A model generated the notes under the pieces. That model had not been told where the DNA came from. It saw only the letters and a list, made by a program, of their open reading frames with translations, and searched no databases. This document shows, one piece after another, positions 1 to 12,198 of a DNA stretch of 64,000 bases. Position 1 is the first letter of the stretch. The number at the start of each line of letters is the position of its first letter. The position numbers and the translations under genes are program-made. Origin of the DNA: Calcarisporiella thermophila CBS 279.70 (Eukaryota > Fungi > Calcarisporiellomycota); the NCBI RefSeq assembly GCF_041956535.1, contig NW_027192199.1, forward strand, positions 186,001-250,000, given 5' to 3'.

Positions 1-1503
1 GACCAGTAGACGCCGGAGCGGATACGCCATCCTGTGGATTTCGCAAACCACGAAGCAGGCTCATCCTATATCAACCCGTGCACATTGAGTCGCCATGCAG
101 AGACGATGGAGAGTAATCGGACAAAAACATACCACAGCATAGGTTAATGAGTTTAAATAGGCAGCTAACGACGCGGATGATGAGGCATCAACGCCATACA
201 CATAATGGTAGGAGCCCACCTATTCAGTAAGTGCCATATATGTCTATAACATATGAACCAACTCTTATAATAGATTTCAATACCTCTTTCACAGGTGGTC
301 TTGAATTAATCTTGGTAATATGGCAAAGATCGGGCGGTCCCAGCTCGTGAAAATTGGCTGCCAGTGGAGGCATTAAAAGAATTATTAGAAAATTTTAGAT
401 CCTTTGTGAATTTCCAACATGGTAGATTAAAGAATTGGATGTAAGATGAAAAGCCATAGACACACCAATTTTGTCCTTTAATTATACCTCCAAAAAAAAA
501 CGGTATATAAAAAATTGGGATCGGCTAAGAAAATTTAATTACCAAGTATTTCAGTGCGCGAAGCTAAGGACTCTCCCAAGGTTGTCTCGAAAAATTCAGG
601 GACCGTTTTGAGAGTATCCGCCATCTTTTTGGTCACTTTCTACGGATTTTTGTCGGATGGATGCTTTTGCCTGGCCTCACAGTGAACTTGAAGAGGGGCA
701 AGATGGATGGAAGCGATGAATTGGACGCGTTATTACTGAGCATTTTCGGGAAATCCTCGGAGTTTAAGCCACGATGTTCCCTAGTAACCTAACCTTAACT
801 CTATGGGCTGAACCAGAGTAGAAAGCGGCTCAGGTCGAGATGCCTAGGATATTCGAGAGAATTGACAATTGAGTTGAGGCTGAATTGAAGAACTGGCACG
901 CGTATAACGGATCATCAGCTCTATTGAAATCCTGCTTGCGCAGTCCTCGGATAAACTCGTCCCTGGCGCACCAACCCTTACTTTCAAAGCGTATTAGCTC
1001 CTTGCGTAGTTATTAAAAATATTTCAAGGCAATCTCAAGATACATCAACTCCTATTGCTGGCTGATCCAGGTCCATAGTAGCTCTATAAATATGCATTAG
1101 AACACACAGTGGGCTGATCGTTATTGCAAAACAAGTTTTTGGCAAAAGAGTTTGTTTGTGCATATACGTGAGTGTGCCAGTTGCTGGAAATCGTGTTCCA
1201 TATTTTCCTTTACGCTTCAGGCGGAAAATAACAGAATCTCGACTAAAACACTTGTCCATTCAGTTCCATTAGCCTAGAGCAACCATGAGCAAATGAATTC
1301 CGTAAACACGAGTGCACAAATGGAATGGCTGGGCGTTTGCTGGCGTTTGTATAAAGAAGCGGCCCCATACGGCCTATGCACATTTCTTTCCGGCCCATCT
1401 AAGCTGGTGCTGGGGCATATCGCTCCAGTTTGAAACAGTTTCCTCCGCGCTATATAATCCAATTCAATTTCTATATTAAGACATCGAATTTCTGATATAG
1501 GAA

Positions 1504-3649
1504 ATGCCAATTTCATGTCTGGGCAGTGGACTCTTGAATAAGGGCCTGCCGTCTTTTTCTTGTGATCCGACTCGATGTTTTGGCATGTCCATGAATTCCA
1601 ACAGCTTTACTGACAGTGGTTCGCGGACCAAGCGGCTTGTATCCAAGGCTGATTCGCAAAGATCCATCGATCGATCCCTCTTAGCCTCTGATCAGGATTC
1701 AGCCGCAGAGATGGATGAAGCTATGTCACCCATTGAGTTTACGCCTACGTTGTTGACCCCTACAGAGGTCAAGATTGAGGAAAAGAATCCATCCAAATGC
1801 ATTGATCACAATCTTGACTGGACCTTTCTACTCACCCCGGAAGGCCTCCGATTTCAACTCAATCTCAACACATTGACCGACTTAAGACGGTTGCTCTTGG
1901 CTCATTTTGTGACTGAAAACGGCTTGAGATGCGTCACCATTCCAAACTGCACTGCGGATGCGAAACAAGAGCTGCTAGAAATTCCTCTTGCTGCACCTAG
2001 ATGTACGGTGTTCCATGCCACTAAGGAATGGGGCTCCATGATATCTGGCAACTTGAAGAGCGCGAGCCACGCTGAGAGGGACCGATTGAGAAAAAGCGAT
2101 GACACCAAGCTCAGCGCTAGAACCAAAAGCAACACCGTGACGACCAACGTCTATAACAAGATCATGGATTTTTTGTTCAATCTATACGCCGCAACCAAAT
2201 GTGTCTACCTCTTTCACCATCCCTCGCACTCCGTTCTTCTCGAGAGGTATTACCAAAACAAGCTGCATCCTCTACTGATTCACAGCGGAATCGCATGGGG
2301 TGCTGTCCACTTTCTCCACTATCACAAGCGCACCTCCTATCATAAACATTTACCGTCCCTGATCGAGCCGTTTCTTGCCAAGGCTCGCGCGGCAGTAGAG
2401 GATGCCTTTGACGAACCGAATTGGGAGATTGTTTTGGGTTTGCTGAACATGGAGTTTTGTGAAAGGTCGATGATGCGATGGGACCAAGCATACGAATACC
2501 ATAGACTCGCGGTGGTGATGGCACAATCGCTAGGCTGCGGGAAAGAAGAGTTGCAGTGCGAAGACCTGGCGGAAACTGAACTGCGAAAGCGAATATGGTG
2601 GGTGGGAGAAAGGAGCCTTCCCCAATTCTGCGGCCTCATGTGGCCTTGGGTTGGTGGGTGAGCGAAATTGACCCTATATTTTCTTGTCTTGCAGGTATTC
2701 GCTCTGTGTTTGTGAGACAACACACGTTATGGTGTTCTCGAAGAGTCCGCTGATCAACCTAAAGAGTATGGCCATGGCGCCAAGGCCTACACTGATGCCG
2801 GGTGAAGACGAGGAGGTGGAGCTATTAATAGTAAGTGACAAACTTTCCGCCCTCTTCCCTCTGCATTGGCACTAAGGATGACTTTGCTTCGTGGATAGTT
2901 TAATCTTACCACTTGCCTTGACTTCTACTTTAAATTTGCCTCTTACCCCGATATTGAATGGTCCCTCCCCGACCACGACATCCTAAGCGCTGTGACCGGG
3001 ATAGCTGCCCTCCTGCGCCAAGATCTCCTCAATGTGCGCAGCGCTCTTTCGGAGGAAAAGGCTAGCAAATACCACTGGGTTCATGTTGAAAGCGAGAGTG
3101 GTTTTTGGGTGAACTGGGGTGCAGTGTGGCGAAGATTTTTGGAATCCAATGCACCACCCGGCCGTTTGGAAACACCGCTGATGGCGCAGTTGAAGGAGAT
3201 AGCGATACGCGAATGCGTCAAGGTAAGCAAACTCCAGCGTCTTCCCCACCCCCTCCTCCTTCCGTGGCTAAGCATCCTCCCATTCCCCCTCCCCCTCCCT
3301 TTCTCCGTGGTAGGCTTCACGAAACGCGATCTGTATGCTAGAATATGCCATCCGGCTCAACAACTGGTGCCGCTTCAATCTAGTCAACTACTGCAAATGG
3401 GTTTGCCAAATCAGTCTTGTCGCTGCGCGATGCCATCCCAGCCTAGACGTGAAACGCTCTATCTTCCAGCTACTCCTACAATGCCTTCAGAGCTTACGGA
3501 ACCTGCCGGAGATCCCCTGCAGGGCCGCGCTCATCGTCATTTCGGACGTCATGAGCACCCTAGAGACCATGAAGAATATATGCTTTTCGAAGAAGGAGCT
3601 CGATAAGCCCAAGCACAAGCTAAGGCCTATTGCGCGCAAAGGGTCGTGA
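1504..3649 (+). CDS. Fungal transcription-factor middle-homology-region (Fungal_trans-like) protein, 4 exons; no Zn2Cys6 cluster seen
   Basis: ORFs 1504-2661, 2684-2875, ~2899-3222 and 3335-3649 join through GT-AG introns (e.g. 2598-2694 gives RKRIWYSLCVCE). Motif 'LAVVMAQSLG...ETELRKRIW' is typical of this domain. Confidence 0.6.
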
Positions 3650-3904
3650 GAGCCGAGGAGAAAGAGCGTGTACGAGTTACAATTGCCGATCCCCACTCTT
3701 TTCACCCCCATTCCACTGTAATTATATCATAACTCTGAGACGAATTTATTTATATTGTAATCTCATGTGACAAATACCAAAAATTGACTTTAATAAACAC
3801 CACTATCCCACTCGAGCTTTTCTATTCTCTTCTCATTGCAATCTTGCATTCCATTAAAATAGGTGGAGGGGAGCGGTGAGGGGAGGGGAGGATAGGAATA
3901 TAGA

Positions 3905-5081
3905 CTACCTCTCCAGTGCGTCTTGGAATGCATCCATGCTCCTTTTCCCCCCCATCTCCGCTGAGTCATTGATGAGTTTCAACACGCCGTCCAACGCGTT
4001 CTCCTTTTCCACGATACTCCACCCAATTCTCTCGTTAAACCCCATGCTTCTCTTTTTGTGGAGCTTTCTCCTGCGTTTCTTCTCGGGGCCGAATTCAGAG
4101 TGGTGGCTCTTTTTCGAGCGTGGCAGGGTAACCACGGAATCGTCTTCTCTACCCGGCATCGTGCAGTTAGATTCCTCTCCTCGCTCCGGCACTCCAGGTT
4201 GGGCAACATTGCTTAGCGGTGCCGGAACATATGGCGGCGATGAAGAGGGAACAACGCTGACATCGGCTTCAGAGAGTAGAGCGTTTTCCCGTGTGTTAGT
4301 AACCGTTTCTCCAGCATACTCGATAGCATCCTCGAATTTCTCCTGATCTTCATCATCCGTGTCCTGGTGAAACGGGGCAGTGTAGGCGGGGGTATAAGCT
4401 TGGGAGTAACTGGGCGTCTTGCCCCCCTCCTTTTTCCATTCAGCATAGACTTTTAAGGCCTGTGTGTAAGCGGCTTTGTCCTCTGCATATTTCCGGTCGT
4501 ATTTCTATCAAGATGGAAAAGATTGAGTACTTGCACACTTGACACGATGCGTGATCTGCTTTTTTTTCTGCCTTTCATCAGCTCCAAATTCAGCAGAAGC
4601 TTGGGCTAGCATAGATTGACTTACTTCGCGTTCTCCGGCCGGCAAATTTCTCCACTTTTCAGCCAATACTCGAATCAACTCTGTTTGATTCGCCTCGGGA
4701 AATTCCTCCTTCGCGCTTTTATACGCATCCTTGGTAAACCGCGCATAGTTCGAGAGGGGCTTCTTGGGGGCGTGGGGATCCACAGTCCGCTTTAGGCGCT
4801 TTTTGGGCGGTTGTTGCGATGTCAGTGTCGCAAAGTGCTGAATGTACTCGGGGAGATGGCTAGCCAAGTGCTCGAGATTATCCGCAAGTTTTCGTATGTT
4901 TCGTGCGGTCTAGCGTTGAGTACGAAGAGAGGGAAGAAAGAAGAGAATATGAGCAAGGGTGAAGTGACGCCTAAGATGTCATGATACTCACACGGGCACT
5001 CTTGTGCGAGAATGACCTCAGTGTCTGTTTCAAGGGTGGCAAAAGAGCGCTAGAAGACTCGACCTGTTTCTTCTTTGCCAT
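3905..5081 (-). CDS. Single HMG-box protein (HMGB/Nhp6/Hmo-like), 3 exons
   Basis: HMG box DPHAPKKPLSNYARF...VLAEKWRNLPAGERE|KYDRKYAEDKAAY across an intron at ~4505-4625. ATG at 5081 (MAKKKQVES). Confidence 0.8.
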
Positions 5082-5672
5082 TGCGGACTAGCAGAGGAAT
5101 GCAGGTAAAAGATAGCACATATACGCGCCTACGACGAAGTAGCAAATATGAGGGCACGTCGCGATGACTCCCCCTAAATGGCGTGTCAATAAAGGAGTAA
5201 AGAAGCGTGCTTCCTTAATAGCGCCTATTATAGCTTTAATGGATAGGTACAGATAGAGGGCGGGTTGGCTTTAAAATGGCTTTCACGCGGTTCTTTCTTA
5301 AAGAAAGGCTTACCTTTAGTGCAGTATGAAAAAAATGCTGCGTGCGGGGATGGGAAGGCTGCTCTACGAGAATAGAAGAAAAAGAAAAAAGGAGCATCAT
5401 ACTGGAACAGGAACGGGCCGGAGGTAATTTCTCTTTAGGTTAAGTCGTTGCAGGGCGGCCGGCAAAAACGGCCGGGAACCACGGGATCCATTTTCTGATT
5501 CATCTTAAATTTTTCCGTCAACTTTGCAGAGGGAGAGAGGGGATAAGTGGTGGAGGAAGATTACATTGGTGCAAGTTAAAGTGAGTGCAATAAATAAAGA
5601 GATATGAATAAAAAGAAGTAGAATGGTCCATGAGATGGTTTGTATGTGGTTCAAAAAGTCGCTATATCATGC

Positions 5673-8643
5673 CTATGCATTCCCGAGTCGCCCTCTCACA
5701 ACCTCCCAGATGGAGAGCCCTCCCCGTTGCGCGAGGTGCCACACGCTCTTGCAATACTTTCGCCCGGCCCGCAATACCGTCACCACGAGCCAAAACACGA
5801 TTGCCAAGCCAGTGACCATATACTCTAGCACCACGTACCCAATGTCCAACCAGGGACTTTTGGCCCGCACTGCATTGATGATCTGGATGTCATCCTCCAG
5901 CGCTTTTACCGTATGGAAATTGTGCTCATTAATCACGGCCATCATCTCCGTCATGTCGGCGGTCAGACTTCGAAGCTGCCCGACAATCTTCCGATTCAGT
6001 GCGTCGAGGATGTCGAGGCCGGCAGCCGTGCGGACCTGATCTGCGGACATGGCGTGGAGCGAGCCGTAGACAAATTCCTGTGATGGAATAAAACTCCCGC
6101 TGCCGGTGGAATTGGCCCCATGCTCGCTATGTATGATGATGGAGCTCGGCGGGCGGGTGGAGACGGATGCGTTGGTCGGAATTGAGCTCATGGATATCAT
6201 GGTCGAGAGTGACTCATTATCGGACTCCAGGTCATACAGGAACTCTTCAAGGAACTTGGCGCGTTGCTGAAGGTTCAACTGGAAGAGATGAAACAGATCA
6301 AAGGTTAAAAAAAAAAAAGCTTTGCACAATGAGAGGAGGGCTGGTTTAGTTCATTACTTCGCAGTGCTGGACAAAATCAAGCGCAATAGCAATCTGTCTC
6401 TGATATCTCGCTAGGGCACCCTCGATCTCGGACTGTTTTCTACATAATATCCTTTGTCAGCTGTCGCTAAACGGTATCTGAAAGCCAACCCATACTAACA
6501 TGTTTTGGTCACTCTCCGATACAAGGAGCACCACCAAATTGATGAGTTGATCCCCACCGTCAATCAGTTTTTCAAATCGTAGCTTAGCAGACGTGCTAGG
6601 ATCAAACACAGCTATAATGCAATCGTATGTCAAGAAAGCGTCAACAATTCCAACCCATGAAACCTCCGATTACCAAGGCTCTCCTCCTCGTCCTGCCGCC
6701 AGAGCACCGCCCATTTTCTAAAATGCTCCACATATGGCTTGATATGCTTCGGAACAAGATCCAAGTCGATTACAATGGCTTGTTCTAGATTCAACTCGAC
6801 CCCTAGATAAGGCAACCATCCAATGTCCATCGATGTGTAGTTAGATTATATATGGGGATATTTACCCTGTTCTTCGCTGTTAAACTGTTCCTCCTGCTCG
6901 TTCTCGTCCTCTTCTCGTTTCACCTCACCCTCGTCCCTCCTTTCTTCGTTATCCATCACCCTTTCACCAATCTCTTTTAAACTTTTTTCTGGTTCAAAAT
7001 CCCTTGCCTCCATCTCGCTTTCGTCACTTGGTGGCGGATCCTCGACTGCTAATGGCCTTCGGGGTCGGTGTATGAGCCGGCGGAGGTCCATGCGTCCCGA
7101 TAGAGCGGCCTCGGAAGCCTGCCTTGTGATTTTTGCGGTGCTACTAATTGAGCTAGTGGAGGCATTTCCTGAGGGATTGACCGGGAGAGATGAGACACGG
7201 CCAATGCCAGCCTCTTTGTAGGGAAACAAGGCGGGCTCTGTCCCTTCCTAAAGCAGAGGGGTTCAGTCAATATACTACTTCTCTTCATGTGCGTCATGAG
7301 GATTGAAATCACCTTTTGCTGAGGATAGATGACACCCAGACCTACTCCTTGGTGCACCCTCTGTCCATTCCCTTCGGAGTGTTCCTCTAGCTCTCTCCCT
7401 CCAGGACGCCATCCGAAAATTTTGTTGGTCCAAGATCGCCGTTTTCGCATTAGCTCATCATCGATGCCACCCACTTCCCCACTTGAAGGTTCTTCACTGG
7501 TCGCTCGTCGCTCCCTACTGCCAGGTGGAGCAGGCGGCCGTTTCTGGTGACGGGGCCGCCTTTCCGGCGAAATTCGTTGCGCTAGAAGATTGGTTGCAGA
7601 GTGTTCCAACAAAGGCGAATCATGGGGTGCGGTTCGAAATGAGGAGGAGGTGGCGGAGCCGGTTGATTTGGGTAGCAAGGATGCCTCGGTCGGGGGCGGA
7701 GGGGTGTGTATCCGCTCGTCGTCCTCTACCACTGCCTCAACACTACTCCCAGCAGACGCAAAGCTAAGGGCAGAGCCGGGTCGGTCCACAACCTCACTTT
7801 CCTCCTCATCATAGTGGTTATTCCAATCCTCGGGAGTGAGGAGCCAGTAGGTTCGTCTCGCTTTGCCTGCCCGATCACGTCGCCGAATAATCCTGAGGGG
7901 GTTATATTCGCGCCCCAGCTGGTGCAGCGCGGCAATCAGGGAGTACTGGTATTGTATCAGTTCCTTGCAGCGGCGCGAGCGGTCCCGTGTCTTGTCGGAG
8001 ATGAAGTCTTCCAGGGAAAAATCGTCGCTATCCCCACTAAAATCGCGCAATACCTCGCGAGAGGAATACCGCAGCTTACGCTTACGACGGGAGAGGCGGG
8101 ACTCGGTGGTCATATGCGCGAGTCGGAGTACATCCTCGGTCCCAATACCATCCAGAAGATCCTCCACGGGCTCTACACAAAGGATAGCCATTTGTTAATT
8201 TCGAATTCTAGCAATTACTTCTCTCCCAACGGAGCATCATAGCAACACTACCTCCAGGCTCTTCTTCGTGGGTTATACTCTTGAAACTCTTCCCTCCACT
8301 CTCAATATGATGCCGTACAAGTGCTAATTCTTCGACCTTTGCTTGACGCCGACTTTCGCGTCTTTTTCGATTGGGATTGGCATCCGTCGTGGAGGATTGC
8401 TCTCCCGGCGATCTCGTCAAGGCCTCATCCCTAAATAGCACAAGACCCCATGTTGGTTCTGTAGGCGGGGACGGTAGAAGACCCTGCGGGTTCGTCGACG
8501 ACCTCTGGCGTTCGAGAGGTGGGGATTAGAATGCGTTACACGGAATGATTTCAGGTATGGATTGATATGATTATTACCTTTTTGAGCGGCTCAAGACTAT
8601 CGTGGTCATGCTCATGTCGGAATGGAGGCGAAAATCCAGACAT
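5673..8643 (-). CDS. Mtc4-like protein (maintenance of telomere capping 4 family), multi-exon
   Basis: Spliced minus-strand ORFs 8208-8441, 7049-8191, 6846-7229, 6630-6830 and 5673-6329. Motif YNPLRIIRRR and C-terminal hydrophobic 'YVVLEYMVTGLAIVFWLVVTVLR' resemble fungal Mtc4 homologues. Confidence 0.55.
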
Positions 8644-8984
8644 TGAGATGGTGGTATATGGGTTTGGTATAAGCTGGTATATTGGAGAGGATTTTTAGGG
8701 TATGGGTTGAAAATGGGGAAGAGATTTATCTTGTGATTTAATAAGGATTTTTTTATCTCTTAGCCTAAATGGACTAAAATCCGCACATCGCACGTGCTGC
8801 ATTTGATTCTGATGCCATTTATTTTAAAAATGGGATTCCACATTTTCGACGCGTTTTTAATATCTCTGATTTGATTACATGAACGGTTATATATATTTAT
8901 ATCTGTATATGTAGCGTTCTCAAACTCATCCAGCTTGCGATCCAAAAAAAAAAAATACACGGGTTAACTTGGGTAGCTCAACAC

Positions 8985-10800
8985 TTAGCCAGAGTGCTCC
9001 ACCGGAACTGTGACTAGACGTCCATTGACCACAATACTCTTGAATTGCTCGGGCACTGGCACCTCTTTGAAATCGCCGCTTTCATCGGCGCCAGGCAAAA
9101 GCACATTCAGTGAAGAGCTCTTAGCTGTAAAAATCTCACAATCAAGGCATTCCTCTGATAGGTATATCAGGCCACTATCCGACTTGTCCACCGCAATAGT
9201 GGGGGTTTTGTGGAAGACCTGCAACTGGAAAGAGCGACTATTCACGACGTCAATTGTGCTCACCGTAGAGTCGATAGCAAGGCCACACTTATTACATGAA
9301 TCTATTTTTTTTTTGTTTTGTGACGCAAGAGTATTATTGGCCTTTTCTTGGAATAGAGGCGGAAAAAAAAAAAAAGAATGCATACCCATTGTGACGGCGT
9401 TCACCTTGCCCTTAACTTGGATCACACTATTTTGGCAGTTGAAGATATAGACTGACTGGTTGATTTGTGTGTTCTCAATAAGGATGGAATTGTTGCCTTC
9501 GTGATTCTCCACGACCCATTTATTTCCTTCAAGTTCCAAGCGCGCCGGTTTCTTGGCCTTCGCCTTTGTGGGAGCAGTGGGAGGGGATTTTTTCCCCGAA
9601 GTAAGAGCTGCTGGTTTTGGTGAGGGTGGGGGAGGAGTTCGCTTTGTCGGCTCGGTTGATGCTTTGACCACGCTGGACGCGCGGAGGCTAGGATTCTTGT
9701 GTGTCATTTCGCTCTTGTCCACCTTACGTAGACCCTTGGTGATTCCTTCGCCTTTGTTCAATTCCGCAAGAACGGCGACCATATCGCTCTTTTGTCCCGA
9801 CCCGGACGTCTCTTCTGAAAAATCAAAACTAGGAGGAGGAGGGGGTGGGGGAGGGACACCGCCCGCTGGAGGAGCGGGGGCAGCAGAAGCAGTAGGCTTG
9901 CGGCCAACAAAGGACTGAGGATCCTGGCCATGCGAGTTCCATTCAAGCCCCGTCGTATAACATTGCTTCACGTAATTATGTAATGCTGCCAACAGGTCCA
10001 TATAGCTTTTTGCCCACTCGACATGCTTTGTGTCCCTAGAAGCAAAGCGAAATGAAATCTCTTAGTGTCTCCGGAAGTAAAAATGGCACCTTACTTTTCT
10101 TTCCACTCTTTGATGACACGATTTGCGTAGAACTGAGCAGCATCCTTCATCTCATTTACAAAAGGAGCTGGTTTAGGTTCCTATGAAAAAGCATCAAATA
10201 GGCGTTAGACAAATTCATCGGTCTCATCACGAGAGCTAATCGGAAATTACCACTGCAACCCAACCAAGGGCTTGTATTCCCTCGCTCACCACGGTGAGAT
10301 GATTAAAATATTGGCTTGGGCGGTTCAAATCGCGAATTTCGCAAATCTTTTCCAAAGATTCGCGCGTAGGCTTGATAAGCTCGGCAAAAACGGGAGAGGT
10401 CACGTCCGGTTTTTTCGCCTGGGTTGCGATAAGGATAAAATCGCGCTGAGCATTGAAGACATCTTCGACGTACTTGCTCTGAACATTGGAATTGAATTAG
10501 TAAATCAATGATTCATGCTAAAATAACACAAATTTGATTTACCTGCTCGGCCACCTTGTCCCCGATCTTAAGGGATGCCTCAAGATAATTCTTCAGTGGG
10601 CCGCCAGTGATCTCATCAAACGCCTCGACTTTCTGAGGAAGCTGCGTCTGAGCTGCCGATGGACTACCAGCCGCACCAGCAGAGGCGGGGGGTGCTTTGG
10701 CAGAAGAAGAGGAGCCAGATGAGGACAAGGCAAGATCCTCCAATCGTGATGTTGCGATTTCTAAGCGCTTGATGAGAGTTGCGAGGGCGTTTTCGTGCAT
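8985..10800 (-). CDS. SRV2: Adenylyl cyclase-associated protein (CAP/Srv2)
   Basis: N-terminal LIKRLEIATSRLEDL, poly-Pro, WH2-like 'ITKGLRKVDKSEMTHKNPSLR', C-terminal CARP beta-domain ending VEHSG. Confidence 0.97.
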
Positions 10801-10972
10801 GTTATTTTCTTGTTACCTGGTAGTAGAGTTTTATTTTCTTGCAACCCTTTAAACTCTTTCTACAGAAGGGTTACCAAAATGTATATTAGGATTTATTCGA
10901 TCAACTATATTAAGAAACTAGAATTCATTCTTCCCACTCTCATTTATGGGATTTAGGGATGCGAAAAGTGAC

Positions 10973-10997
10973 TGCTAGAATAGAATCTATTCTAGCA
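10973..10997. repeat. Perfect 12-bp inverted repeat (TGCTAGAATAGA-A-TCTATTCTAGCA) upstream of CAP
   Basis: Read directly from the sequence. Confidence 0.9.
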
Positions 10998-11400
10998 TCG
11001 CAGCCATGTCAGTTAGAAACTAACAGAAAACAAACTTTCACAGATCAAACAACCAAGTACCCCAAAAGGAATAAAAGTGTAAGTTTCCATTATTTTTCGC
11101 ATCCTTCCATTTCACAGGTCGTCCTATTCGTTTAGCAGGTGGTGGCCAGATAATAATATCACTATTTTCTTAGGAAACGGCCAAAAGAGTTTCCATGGTA
11201 AAAGAAGTAGACGAATTCATGTTCCATCCAAATTTTTCAAGGACTAAATGAGTAAAAGGAAGATATTTAAATGGAAGAGGATTGCGAATAAAAAAAGCAT
11301 TTTTAGCTGTATGTTGAGCATTGGCAAAGTCTATATATTCATTGGCATACAACTGATAATAGTACACATATAATGCAAAATGGACAGAACAGAGAACCAT

Positions 11401-12198
11401 TTAGTTGGAGCTCTGATGAATCAGAGGCTGGTCATTGAATCCCTGGGAATTGACAATGTTCACGCTAGAGAGTTTCTGGTCACCCGATACGGTCACGTCT
11501 CCAGAGATGAACAGCCCCTTGTCCTTGGGGCTATGCTTTGGAATGACGGGGGAAGGAGCCGCTATCGTTGTGACGGTAATAGCAGGAGCTGTGATTGTCA
11601 CAACCTTAACTTCAGGGCTCGGTAGGGCTGTCATGAGAGGGCTTTCATCCACAGGCCTAGGGCTCTCTGCCTCTGGGGCAGCTTCTTCAGGTTGAGGTTG
11701 TGCAGACACAGGAGCATCCCCTTGTTCGGGGTTCGCTGCTACTGGGACGGCATCCTCTGCAGGTCTCGGATTATTCGCGGGGGGGACAGCGGAATCCACT
11801 GGCTGCGGTTGCTCAGCGGCTGGTTGCGGTTGCTCAACGGCGGGAGGCGAAGCCAAAACGGGCCTCTCATTGTTGACGTGCTGGTCCACGGCCGGCTGCC
11901 TGGTAGGTCTGCTACCGTCATTACCCTGAACAATGCCTCTCGCCTCCCCGCCGTTCTGATGGTTCACCACGATTTCCTTCTTCCCTCCAACAATGTTCTC
12001 CCCACTAACATCCACGCCCGAGGGGAAATCGGTAAGTTTGCCCCGGAACATCCTTGAATTTTCCATTTCAATCACACTGTTTGCGCTGAGCTCAGGCACA
12101 ACGACCTTTCCAGCGATACTGATCACACGCTTTTCAAGAGGGGCGGCAATGGCGCCGGTCGAAAAGGCAAGGAGAAGAGCAAAGTAGAGAGGCTTCAT
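11401..12198 (-). CDS. Secreted Pro/Ala/Gln-rich protein with Kex2-type propeptide
   Basis: Intronless 265 aa; signal peptide MKPLYFALLLAFSTGAIA, then APLEKR; internal EQPQP repeats. Confidence 0.8.
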   Translation of the reverse strand: MKPLYFALLLAFSTGAIAAPLEKRVISIAGKVVVPELSANSVIEMENSRMFRGKLTDFPSGVDVSGENIVGGKKEIVVNHQNGGEARGIVQGNDGSRPTRQPAVDQHVNNERPVLASPPAVEQPQPAAEQPQPVDSAVPPANNPRPAEDAVPVAANPEQGDAPVSAQPQPEEAAPEAESPRPVDESPLMTALPSPEVKVVTITAPAITVTTIAAPSPVIPKHSPKDKGLFISGDVTVSGDQKLSSVNIVNSQGFNDQPLIHQSSN

